A stretch of 64,000 bases of DNA from Mytilus edulis (Eukaryota). Below, in pieces: positions 14,403 through 25,521 of this stretch. Both the position numbers and the translations under genes were made by a program. Positions within the stretch are counted from its first letter, which is position 1. Each line of letters starts with the position of its first letter. The stretch covers positions 106,516,001-106,580,000 of the forward strand of contig NC_092344.1 of assembly GCF_963676685.1 (NCBI RefSeq). The letters run 5' to 3'. The notes under the pieces were generated by a model, which ran no database searches, was not told the origin of the DNA, and worked only from the letters and a program-made list of their open reading frames with translations.

Positions 14403-16835
14403 ATGCGTTTTTTATGAAATAAATTAACGCACAGTTAAAATAAAAGTAAACAGCAACATCGCGTCTTCTTATTCTGTTTGTAAACCCTTCATGATTTATA
14501 ACAAACCTTTCTTAAATTGTTCGTTAATAAATTTTGAAATTATTAGACACTAACGTTTAAACTTCCTCAGGCAAAGTTGACTTCAGATGCATTTGCTTAT
14601 TTTTTGTATCCTCTGGGTTAAATAGCTCTTCAGCTGTTTATGTACTCCAACATCCTTTGCTTTAAAATAGTCGGTCATGCGTGTTCCTGATAAAGGTAAA
14701 TCAAGAAAAGAGCTTTTGACCCAAGAAATGTATAACGTAAACAAAAATGATACAAAAAGGACATAAGGTTTTTAATTATTGGCAACTGTCAGGACCATAT
14801 AACAAGTTATAAGTCTCTTTGACAAATTGAATGCTGCGAATTTTGTAAGATAGTTAAATCATTGTTTTTAAAATGTAAAAACACACACAGATATAAAATA
14901 ACAACATCAAAGGACAAGAGCAGCTAGAAGAGAGAAAATAGTAGTACAATATAGATATTTGTCACTGGATGTTGAACAGAGATTAATATGTCGATATAAA
15001 ATGCGGATGGTGCGAAGAAACGAATTGCAGAGTGTTGAAGGTTATGATACAGAAATTGGACTACTATACCTACGTTTCCATGTAAAAGAAAATAGATGAG
15101 ATTATGCGAAATTATATGTCAATATTTTTTTTTATATATTATTCTTATTACAAAAAATTGAAGATTATAGACGATAAAAATAACACTTTTTAATATAATT
15201 TTGTCAGTCCGAAAAACTGTTCTGGATTTAATCCCATCTGGAACACTCCTAATCTTAATAAAAAATTGAAATCCAAGGAGGTCTAAGACATGAAAACGAG
15301 AGACGTATGTGACAAAAAGGGCCAAATTTATCTAAGGTCAGCTTCGCCTTATGGAGTTAAAATATCTTGCTCGTCCTCTAATGGTGGTTATTTTCTCTTG
15401 GTCTGACTGATTGTGTCAGGATAACTTTATATCTGTAAATTTGTCATCATGTGCTATATAAGTCCATTGCGTGAACCATTCTCATAGATCATGGTTAACT
15501 TAACCAGTTTCCAGAGAGTAATTACATTGAATGCACAAGTGTAAACCAACAGCGATAAATAAAGTAATCAATTTGTAAATTACCTCATTGGTAAATCAAA
15601 GGAGGAGCTAAATGGAATTGAATTCAAGTGAACATAATGAGATTTAAGACTCTGGAATGATGTATGTGATTGAAGGCAAGGTCGAAGATCTATATTGTAC
15701 TTTCTATTACATTAGTGAGTTGTTGTCCTACAATGAACACTTTATCACTCTTTCTCATGATCTTTGGTCATCAATCACAAACCACTATTATATAATGTCC
15801 TAGTGTTTTGCGCATTCCGCATAATCACCAAGGTTTCAGTTGTCAGTGGTATTTACATATTGCCTTAATTTGTTAAGATGCATTATGTATTTCATGAAAA
15901 TTATGGCCATTAAAAGCCAACATCAATTTGAAATTAACTGTTCGAACTATGTAATATTTTCATAGTTTCGTACTTGTTTGGATAGACTTCATATCACAGC
16001 TACTACTTACAAAACATAAAATGACAAAATAACTGAACTCGAAGTTTTTAAACGTTTGACTATATCAACCAACGAAACGACTTGCAAACAACCGTTATTA
16101 AGAGAAAAAACAATTAATACGATTTCTTTATATTTTTCTCTTTAAGGTCATTTGTATTATTCGAGTGTCAACTTTTTTCTTTATCCTGGTATCTATGATG
16201 TGTTTGTATGATACTATACTTTATAAAAACGTCATGACGAGGTTCCTCTAATGTAGTAATGTTCAAGCTCTCCAATGTTAAAGTAAACCAAAGATCTGCT
16301 ATGTAAGTTCCAAAGCGTTTACATTCGCTTGAATTTCTTTTCACCTGGAAACAAAATTCCTTTTTAATATTGATATTGATTATTATGAGATACTAGTAAG
16401 TAAATTATAACACATGAGATTCTTTGTCAGTTTCTGGTTGTTTCTGTTTCATACTATATTTAAAATATTTAAAAGAAGTAAATTGATTGTCCATATTTAG
16501 CCAAACTATTTTGGATATTTGGTTGAGGTTACGATTGCCCTTCTTTACTCATTTGGTTGTAGATGTATATTATCACTTGTTATAATCGAAGTTCAAATGC
16601 TGTATTGACAAAAAATGATTAAAGAGTGTAATTTTTAACGTAATTCTTATACAAATGTAAAACCAAAAAAAAATAGACTGCCGATAACATTTGTTTTACA
16701 CTTTTTTCACGTAAATCAACTGTGCAGTCTTGTTTAAAATCAAACACCAATTAAAGAATTTTTAGTAATCTATATATATTTCTATACACAAGAACATTTA
16801 TTATAGTGATCTTTATATATATATATATATATATA

Positions 16836-17015
16836 TATAAGTACGTCTGAGTCAGTGACAACCCTACAACAGATGTATCCATCGGATCGCCATCAATGAT
16901 GGTGATACATGGCTGTGTACATAATGTATATACAACTCGTCATGTATCACCATCATTGATGGCGATCCGATGGATACATCTGTTGTAGGGTTGTCACTGA
17001 CTCAGACGTACTTAT
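16836..17015. repeat. Fold-back (inverted) pair of partial copies of the 441-bp unit after (TA)n
   Basis: 16838-16941 is the reverse complement of unit sequence (gacgagttg...gacgtactta); 16942-17015 is a direct copy; this gives ~75-bp hairpin arms. Confidence 0.9.
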
Positions 17016-17029
17016 ACATATCGTATATA

Positions 17030-18147
17030 TAGCATTCCATACAGCCAAGCTCTTAGAATAAGGCGAATCTGCTCCTCTGAAGACACTGCAAAACAACGTC
17101 TGGGGCAGCTTAAAGGACATTTGATAAGAAGGGGATATAAACACAAAAACATCAAAAATAGTTTTCGAAAAGCGGAATCCATCCCCAGAAGCAGTCTGCT
17201 AACTTACAAAGATAAACAGAAAAGTAAAAGAATCCCATGTGTGCTCACCTACCATCCATGCCTGAGAAATAGTTTCAAGACCATTCGTGATCATTGGACA
17301 GCAATCGAAAAACACTCGAAGTTATCCAAAATCTTTCCTGAGCCTCCCATGATTGCCTTCAAACAACCTAATAGCCTGAGAAATATACTTGTCCGTGCTG
17401 ACCTTTCCAAACCTAACCATACTGTAGGTAATTGTCAGCCTTGTGGGGATAAGCGCTGCAAATGTTGCAACCAATTGCAGCATTCATCAACATTTCACAG
17501 TAAGACCACAGAAAAGACATACAAGATCTTCTGCAATGTCAACTGCAAAAGCTCAAACGTGATTTACGTTCTTGAGTGTCCTAGATGTGGTCTCCAATAT
17601 GTTGGTGAATCTATGCAGCCATTTCACAAACGCCTCAATGGCCACAGGAGTGACCCCACAAAAAACCCGTATATTCCTGTCAGCCAACATTTCAGGTTAC
17701 CAGATCACAATCTGAAAGATTTTGATCACATGAAGATCCTTGTGATCGAACAGGATTGTACATAGCAAAATAGGCAAAGAGAAAATCGGGAGAGGTTTTG
17801 GATAAAAACACTGGGTGTCTTCCATCCAGATGGAATCAATAGAAAGAAATAATTAAATTTACAGTCTAGTGTTTATATTATTATCTTCAGGATTTTGGAT
17901 TAAAATCAATCGACCAAAACTTACCTGTATTATTAGTGATCTATGTTTACACCTTATACATTATATCTTATTATTGTTAAAACTTTTGTCACCGAAGAAG
18001 GCCATTTGTTGAGCCGAAATATTTGCAATTATTGTATAATTTATATCATCTGTTCAGTTTTTCCATCTTTGTGCAATGATATTCAACACTTTTTAGTGTT
18101 TTGTTTTCCATCTATTTATCGGTATTGTTACACAATCTTTCAGACTC
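17030..18147 (+). mobile_element. 5'-truncated Penelope-like retroelement (Neptune-type: RT thumb - Cys linker - GIY-YIG)
   Basis: The frame from ~17031 reads SIPYSQALRIRRICS...RRGY...VLTYHP...CQPCGDKRCKCC...NVIYVLECPRCGLQYVGES...RLNGHR...VSQHF. After an in-frame TAG at 17763 it continues RERFWIKTL..HPDGIN*. It is flanked by (TA)n. Confidence 0.9.
17031..17852 (+). pseudogene. Penelope-like RT C-terminus/GIY-YIG endonuclease ORF fragment with one premature stop
   Basis: Track ORF 17121-17765 extends upstream without an ATG and downstream past TAG (probably TGG>TAG) to TAA at ~17852. Confidence 0.85.
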
Positions 18148-18165
18148 ATATATATATATATATAT

Positions 18166-19514
18166 GTTGATGTTTAGACGAGTTGTATATACATTATGTA
18201 CACAGCCATGTATCACTATCATTGATGGCGATCCGATGGATACATCTGTTGTAGGGTTGTCACAGACTCAGACGTACTTATGAATATAATTATTTTCTGT
18301 GACTGTATCTTACATTAATTTGTAGGATCCTTTACTATAGATAATTTAGCTGATCTGTAACAATAACATCTTCATGCCTTATATATCATGTACTGTAGTA
18401 CGCCGCTAGATTTAAACTGACGTGGAAAGGTAACACATGCCCACCGAAAGCTCTTTTTTTGAGAGCCCAGGTGGTCGTGTGGTCTAGCGGGACGGCTGCA
18501 GTGCAGGCGATTTGGTGTCACGATATCACAGTAGCATGGGTTCGAATCCCGGCGAGGGAAGAACCAAAAATTTGCGAAAGCAAATTTACAGATCTAACAT
18601 TGTTGGGTTGATGTTTAGACGAGTTGTATATACATTATGTACACAGCCATGTATCACTATCATTGATGGCGATCCGATGGATACATCTGTTGAAGGGTTG
18701 TCACTGACTCAGACGTACTTATGAATATAATTATTTTCTGTGACTGTATCTTACATTAATTTGTAGGATCCTTTACTATAGATAATTTAGCTGATCTGTA
18801 ACAATAACATCTTCATGCCTTATATATCATGTACTGTAGTACGCCGCTAGATTAAAACTGACGTGGAAAGGTAACACATGCCCACCGAAAGCTCTTTTTT
18901 TGAGAGCCCAGGTGGTCGTGTGGTCTAGCGGGACGGCTGCAGTGCAGGCGATTTGGTGTCACGATATCACAGTAGCATGGGTTCGAATCCCGGCGAGGGA
19001 AGAACCAAAAATTTGCGAAAGCAAATTTACAGATCTAACATTGTTGGGTTGATGTTTAGACGAGTTGTATATACATTATGTACACAGCCATGTATCACTA
19101 TCATTGATGGCGATCCGATGGATACATCTGTTGTAGGGTTGTCACTGACTCAGACGTACTTATGAATATAATTATTTTCTGTGACTGTATCTTACATTAA
19201 TTTGTAGGATCCTTTACTATAGATAATTTAGCTGATCTGTAACAATAACATCTTCATGCCTTATATATCATGTACTGTAGTACGCCGCTAGATTAAAACT
19301 GACGTGGAAAGGTAACACATGCCCACCGAAAGCTCTTTTTTTGAGAGCCCAGGTGGTCGTGTGGTCTAGCGGGACGGCTGCAGTGCAGGCGATTTGGTGT
19401 CACGATATCACAGTAGCATGGGTTCGAATCCCGGCGAGGGAAGAACCAAAAATTTGCGAAAGCAAATTTACAGATCTAACATTGTTGGGTTGATGTTTAG
19501 ACGAGTTGTATATA
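18166..19514 (+). repeat. Tandem array of three 441-bp units plus ~25 bp, each with tRNA-type Pol III A/B boxes, flanked by (TA)n
   Basis: Units start at 18166, 18607, 19048 and 19489 (partial), with about 3 substitutions in total. In unit 1 the A box TGGTCGTGTGG is at 18472-18482, the B box GGTTCGAATCC at 18539-18549 and T7 at 18454-18460. Confidence 0.92.
18461..18901 (+). ncRNA. Putative ~440-nt structured Pol III transcript (tRNA-derived head), repeated at +441
   Basis: Internal A/B boxes, next T7 at 18895-18901, complementary 5' and 3' ends, perfect AAATTTGC-GAAA-GCAAATTT hairpin. Confidence 0.5.
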
Positions 19515-20724
19515 TATATATATATACGACTAAGATTGAACAATGCAAATTTAATTTCAGTATTAAAAACAGTTTTGAAAGTCATAAATTTTAATTTTAA
19601 ATAATAGAATTTAATTCAATAATAATTAAATTCAGTTATTGTAATTATATAACTTTGTATGCCTATTATTGATTTAAATTGACGGTGTGTTCGATTCATT
19701 TTATACTGGTCACTTTAATATGCTAATTAGTTTAGCCCGCGAAATGTTAGTCCGTGCAATTTACCTCGTGTGGTTTGGTCATTTGAGTTCAAACCTTACA
19801 CGGAGCTTGACCAAAGCTATAGAATTTAAAACACAGAAGAAAAGATGAGTATTCTTTTTTAGCTTTAGAATTAAGCAACATTTTATAAAAAATAATAGCT
19901 CAACAATTTAAACTGTTAATCTGGTTTTTCTTTCTTAAATAATTTTAACTTTGTTAAATGCTTTAAATAGTCGTGAACTTTTTCTTTGGTGTTATAACTG
20001 AATTTAAATTCTATCATTGCGTAAATTGTCAATCTTTTCTTGGATATTATTTTATATTTATATTTGTAAATTGAGTAGATGGTTATACTTATTGTGCGAG
20101 TTGTTATATCTAATTGTTTAACTGTCTTAATACGCTAATGAACATTTACCATGTTATTTATTCTTAATCCAAATCCAAATCTTGCAGCGCGAAGTAACCG
20201 GTGAGTAAGCCACATATTAATTTCAACATAAATGTATATATAAATTCTTTTTAGTCTAAATATGCATGAAATAGGTGCCACTGGACATAAAGAAAACAAT
20301 CTATGAATCTAGGTATGGCAACGAATGCTATTCACATTCAATGCATTCTGAATGAGATTGGTTTACAGATTTCACTGTATAAATATTGTAACTGATATAC
20401 AGATATGAATTTACTTTACTTTTATACATACAAGTATTTTAATACAGTGATCTGACATAATTACTTGTTTGAAATGTCTGGAATAAGAATAATGTTATAT
20501 TATTTTCATTGTTTTTCAGTGCAACAGGTATTTTAGTCCAGTAGAATAATTGTTAAAAGGTTGTTGTTTATCTTTATTTATAAGCATTCACTATACATGC
20601 TATATAAGAATAAGAATATTTCATTAAATGTTAATGAAAAGGGAACATTCTAAAACTATCATGACAATACAAAGACAGATGACATATTTCAAAACTTTTC
20701 TTGTCTCTCATGGTACAACTGATT

Positions 20725-21097
20725 TTTATAGTTGTTCTTATGTTGTACTGTCACAGGTCAAGGGGGGGGGGGGGGGGGGCGCCTGCTAACATGTTTAACC
20801 CCACCACATTCTGTACGTATGTGCCTGTCTAAAGTCAGGAGCCTGTAATTCAGTTGTTTTCGTTTGTAGATGTGTTAAATATTTGTTTTTCGTTCATTTT
20901 TTGTACATAAATTAGGCCGTTAGTTTTCTCGTTTGAATTGTTTTACATTTGTCATTTCGGGGCCTTTTATAGCTGACTTTGCGGTATGGGCTTTGCCCAT
21001 TGTTGAAGGCTATACGGTGACCTATAGTTGTTAATTTCTGTATCATTTGGTCGCTTGTGGAGAGTTGTCTCATTGGCAATCATACCACATCTTTTTT
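20725..21097 (+). repeat. Abundant ~350-bp interspersed repeat (other copies ~552-790 +, 49527-49838 -, 3' fragments ~35375 and ~62585-62665)
   Basis: Shared blocks such as aattaggccgttagttttctcgtttgaa and gagagttgtctcattggcaatcataccacatctt. Confidence 0.8.
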
Positions 21098-22084
21098 ATA
21101 CACACACACAAACATATACATTTGTATATAAAGAGTAATATTTCATATTTTGTTTCTTTACATTCAAATGTTAATAAAGTTTTACTTTACATTTTCAATA
21201 TACCAACTGATGCTCTGAAAAAAGGAATAAACAAAAATCGTCATGTTATGTGACTTTGGACGATAGAATTTCGTGAGAGTGTTTGACATTTTCATGCTTT
21301 AAGCTTCTATTTTGACCAAAAAACTTAATATGGAGGATTGAAATTGACTAACAAGATGTAAAAGAAGAAAATAAACAAAAGCTATAACCCAAATGATTAA
21401 AAAAAAAAAAAAAAAATATATATATACATATTTTATTAATTTTTAAAGAGAGGCAACAGTTTTTCCAGAGTAGTAAAACATTACTATTTTGAAAATTTGC
21501 TATTTCTTCGTTGTTATTATGTGTACTGATAAAAGTGAAACTGTTTTGAAAATGTCTTCACAATGCCTTTAAAATGAGGTCAAGTTTTCTTAGATCAGTT
21601 GATTAAAAAATCACTTTCCGTACCTAATGAATCATTTCTTTTTGTAAACTTTTGCGAGCCATCAAGGATGTTAGTTGACTATTTAAATATATATACTTTT
21701 CGATTTAATTGTTTCATAGTTTTCATGTATTATAGTCGATTATAGGATAGGAATATTTCTCATTAACGAAGGCCATTTCAATTGATATTCGGTAGATACA
21801 ATAATTATTTTCTTTTATGACTTTCGTTATCAATATGATATTATCATTATGAATATACTTGAAATATCTGCCACTGGACATTGACAGCCACAATCAAGCA
21901 TTTGCGGTTTTTTCTACTTTGGTTATTGCCATTGTATCTTAATACTAATTAGTCAATGGTAAAAATTGAAATATTTGTATTTCAATATTGATTCAATTGT
22001 TTGATTAAGGGATGTAACATTGACAAATGATATACTATTTTACTAATGCATTGACTAACATTGTAATTATTTGTTTAAGCCAGT

Positions 22085-23306
22085 ATGCCGAGAGGAAAAG
22101 GGGAGAGGGTGCTGCCAAACCGTGCTGTAAGTAGGCAAAATCAAATACAGCTACCGGTAAACAGAAGGCTTCGCCCAAAGAGAGCTGAAATTGTAAGACA
22201 AAATATAGCCATTCCACAACAGCCGTTAATACCACCACAACAGCCGTTAATACCACCACAACAGCCGTTAATACCACCACAACAGCCATTAATACCACCA
22301 CAACAGCCATTAATGCCACAACAACAGCCAGTAATGCCACCACATCAGTTATTGCCACCACATCAGTTATAACCACAACAGCCATTTGTACCACTACAGC
22401 CAATTCTACAACCACAACTCATTTGAACCTCAAACTTCCTCAGCAGCCCGCTGAACAACAAGTTCCTGATCAGGGATGTGTACACCCAGGGCAGCCCACA
22501 GCTTGTAATTCTGTACAAAACGGTGAGATTTTAGTTATACCTACTAATACTGATGTTGATGTGTTTGTACCACAAAAAATTATAAACCAAATATGGAATT
22601 TAGAATATGTTGATTTGGCACAATTACTTTACAAAAAAAAAAAAAAATTTTGTTTCAAATATTGATCAACCGAAAAAAGTGCTCGGTTTTGATGAAGATG
22701 GAGACATTTTAATTGACAGAAACAAATATTCAAAAGTAAATCATTATCTAACTTAGGTGAGTGGACTGAAGGGTTTTTAAATTATATGAAAATTTTATTG
22801 CAAAGATTCCCGGAATTGGCAAATGAATTGATTAGCTACATGACGATTATAAGGGGGTGTACCTTTTGAGAACGTTTATAAATTTGACATGCAATTTCGA
22901 CTTAGAGAAGCTCGTGATCATATGCGTGCATTGGACGTCATTGATGGGCAGCTATGGCTTCCGTTTATTGCAGTAGGCATAAATCATGTTCCACAGACAT
23001 CTTCTTATACTTCTCACACAGTTATTAGTCCTTGCTACGATTATAATTTTAAGGCCGTTTGTACTCGTATGAATTGTGTATACAGCCATGAATTCATGTA
23101 TAAGATGTAGCCAGTTCCATCCTTCGATGTGCTGTACAAATTATTCATATAACAAGAATAATCCTCGAAGTTCTGTAACTTCGGACTATTCTGCTCCTAG
23201 GTATCAAAACTACCCTAGGGCACCTGATGCAAACAATTTTGCACCAAGGTATCAGTCCAGTGCTAGAGCAGTCAAACAGGTTTTTGAATACACATGGAAA
23301 TTTTAA
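22085..23306 (+). pseudogene. Frameshifted gag-like ORF of the YR retroelement
   Basis: Four consecutive short track ORFs (22085, 22423, 22889, 23076); DIRS-gag-like W..EYVDL..LL motif and Cys/His cluster. Confidence 0.6.
22213..22375 (+). repeat. 21-bp tandem repeat encoding (PPQQPLI)n inside gag
   Basis: ccacaacagccgttaatacca repeated ~7 times. Confidence 0.9.
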
Positions 23307-24744
23307 CCCAAAATGAAATACTCGTTTTTCGATAAATAATTAAAGATTCAGCAGGCAAATGTTCCACGGATGCAATTTAATCATTTCAAATTTTATAATT
23401 TTGTTTACAGCTTGCAATCACAGTATGATATTTGGTATTTTTGGTTGCTCCCCTGTTAATACTACGGTTTAAGGGAATATGTTGACTGACTACCCCGTTA
23501 AAATATTGGCAAATTTATTATATAATGGTTTTAAATATGGTTTTCGAGCACATCATACAAGCAAAACATTGAAGTCTGTTTTACAAGATCCAAATTTAGC
23601 TTGGAAAAATCATGAGTGAATTGAAAAATGGTAGAATTACGGGGTCTTTTTATTATCGACCTATTTTTAATCTACGTGTTTGGAAAATAATTTTCGAAAT
23701 TATAATGGCATTTCTTATATTTTGGGTGACAAGTGGTTGTCGAGTTCTGTTTTAAATCTCTTTATCGGTAGTGTAAGAGTTATTCAAATACTTGTCTTAC
23801 GTATCAAATGGACTAATTTAATTTCAAAACTTTAAACATAAACTAAACCTGTATGACGTATGGCCATGCCCCGTTTCACATTTAGTTAATAGTAGCTGAC
23901 ATGTTTAAGGATGAATATTCTTATTCCACTGGGAATGCGTACCTTTCAGGCATTATGTTTAATCATAAGATCAATGGTTTATTGGACAACACTCATTCTT
24001 TTATTGTTCAAAAGATGCTCAGTGACATAAGCGACACGTCTGTCGTAAGCCTATTACTATTGGTATATTAACTAGACTTTTAGATGCGCTTAATTTAGTT
24101 TGTTATTCAATATATGAAACATGTTTATTCAAAGCTTCATTTTCAGCTAGAATTTTGGGTTTCTTAGTTTTGGAGAAATTGCAAATTCAAGTTTTTATGA
24201 AAATCTTATTGTAAAACGATCCAAGATATAATTTGATGCTTATTCAGGGTCACTTATTATAAAAGTTCCTTCTCAGAAAACAGATCAGTAACGACAATTC
24301 TGGAAAAGAATAAACTACTTCAATTTGTCCTGTCCGGTTGATGTCGGACTACATTGCTGAGACACAAAGACGATGGACATTTTCATACACTTTAAAAAAG
24401 GTTATGTATGAACAAACCTTGTATAGTTGAAACACTTAATTACAGGGTACCTGAAAGATATTTGGGTAATTGGCTCTTTTATTGTCATAGGAGCTGTCAT
24501 ATTAAACTTATAGGTGCATCGTTCGGATTAGAGATAGTTGGGTGTATTCCAGGAGCTCTGAAAATGTTATGTATATATTTTCTTTAAATTTCCTCATTGT
24601 TTGGTTTTCCCTTACAATGAATAACATAGCTTAGATGTTGACAGTATTGCATTTTAGCTGGGGTTTATGTTGATGTTGCCACATGAATATCAATTTAATG
24701 AAGTTCTAAGTATTGAATTTAAGTTAATGTTGAAGTTTTTGATG

Positions 24745-24945
24745 TTTGTGTTGAAGTTGATAATAATGTTGAATTTGATAATAATGTTGAAGTTGATAAT
24801 AATATTGAAGTTGATAATAATATTGAAGTTGATAATAATATTGAAGTTGATAATAATATTGAAGTTGATAATATTGAAGTTGATAATAATGTTGAAGTTG
24901 GTAATATTTAAGTTGATAATAATGTTGAAGTTGATAATGATGTTG
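24745..24945 (+). repeat. 18-bp tandem repeat (tgaagttgataataatat)n, continuing at ~25527-25610 beyond an insertion
   Basis: Direct inspection; it explains the spurious LKLIII ORF. Confidence 0.9.
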
Positions 24946-24949
24946 TTAA

Positions 24950-25521
24950 AGTCATAAGAAACCTCAAATCAAAAAAAAATAATGCATATGATTTTAATAA
25001 CTCAATGGATAGTTTTCATTATAAAACTTATGTACATATACTTTTTTCTGAAGAAAATTCTTAAATTTATTCATATTTAGAAGAAGTTTACTTTATTTGA
25101 ATAGCTTCCTTCCAGCAAGCAATTCCCCCGAGATATTTTCCGTATGCAAGGTGACCTCAGTGTGACCCATCTCGTAAAAATCCGGTGACCACAATACGCA
25201 TGGATGTCCTTAAAATAAACTATTATCTGAATTTACATGTTAAACACGTGCTCAATTTCCATGCTTTTTTGTTTATTTTTCGTCAATTGTTGACAAACAG
25301 GTGACAATCGTTAAACTTCGGCTTCAAGACACGAACTTTAATTACCTGCCATATTTTCACAACAACACTGACCGATTGAAAAAAAAATTGACAATTATAC
25401 GAAATTTACACGAAAAAAATGATAAATTCGAGCACAGAAGACTAAGTTTATGATGTTTGTATGCATTGGTTCAAGAATTGGAAGAACATTATTTTTCACC
25501 GGTCACTCGTTTCTTATGACT
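24950..25521. mobile_element. Non-autonomous TTAA-targeting DNA transposon (Kolobok-like)
   Basis: TIR AGTCATAAGAAAC / GTTTCTTATGACT; TTAA at 24946-24949 and 25522-25525; purine-purine termini. Confidence 0.8.

Noticed and set aside
305-16800. Numerous 60-95 aa ORFs in the first 17 kb
   Set aside because: AT-rich random ORFs; I could not recognise domains or chain them by splice sites, although small exons could be missed by eye
17763-17765. Selenocysteine/readthrough codon in the Penelope ORF
   Set aside because: The codon is TAG, not TGA, at a likely Trp position in a truncated copy; a simple nonsense mutation is more likely
18417-18470. Hammerhead ribozyme at CTGACGTGG...CCACCGAAAGCTC
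   Set aside because: It lacks A9, the U16.1/NUH triplet and a stem I, so it is not a canonical core
18465-18560. Functional tRNA gene (Cys/Sec/Ser-like) in the 441-bp unit
   Set aside because: A and B boxes are present, but the anticodon and acceptor stems do not pair; it is a tRNA-derived promoter only
18512-19594. Three repeated 66-70 aa ORFs (MVSRYHSS...)
   Set aside because: Non-ATG starts; by-products of the 441-bp repeat with no recognisable domain
22035-22415. Val-rich 126-aa minus-strand ORF
   Set aside because: Antisense reading of the 21-bp PPQQPLI repeat
24667-24957. LKLIII-repeat ORF
   Set aside because: Translation of an 18-bp tandem repeat
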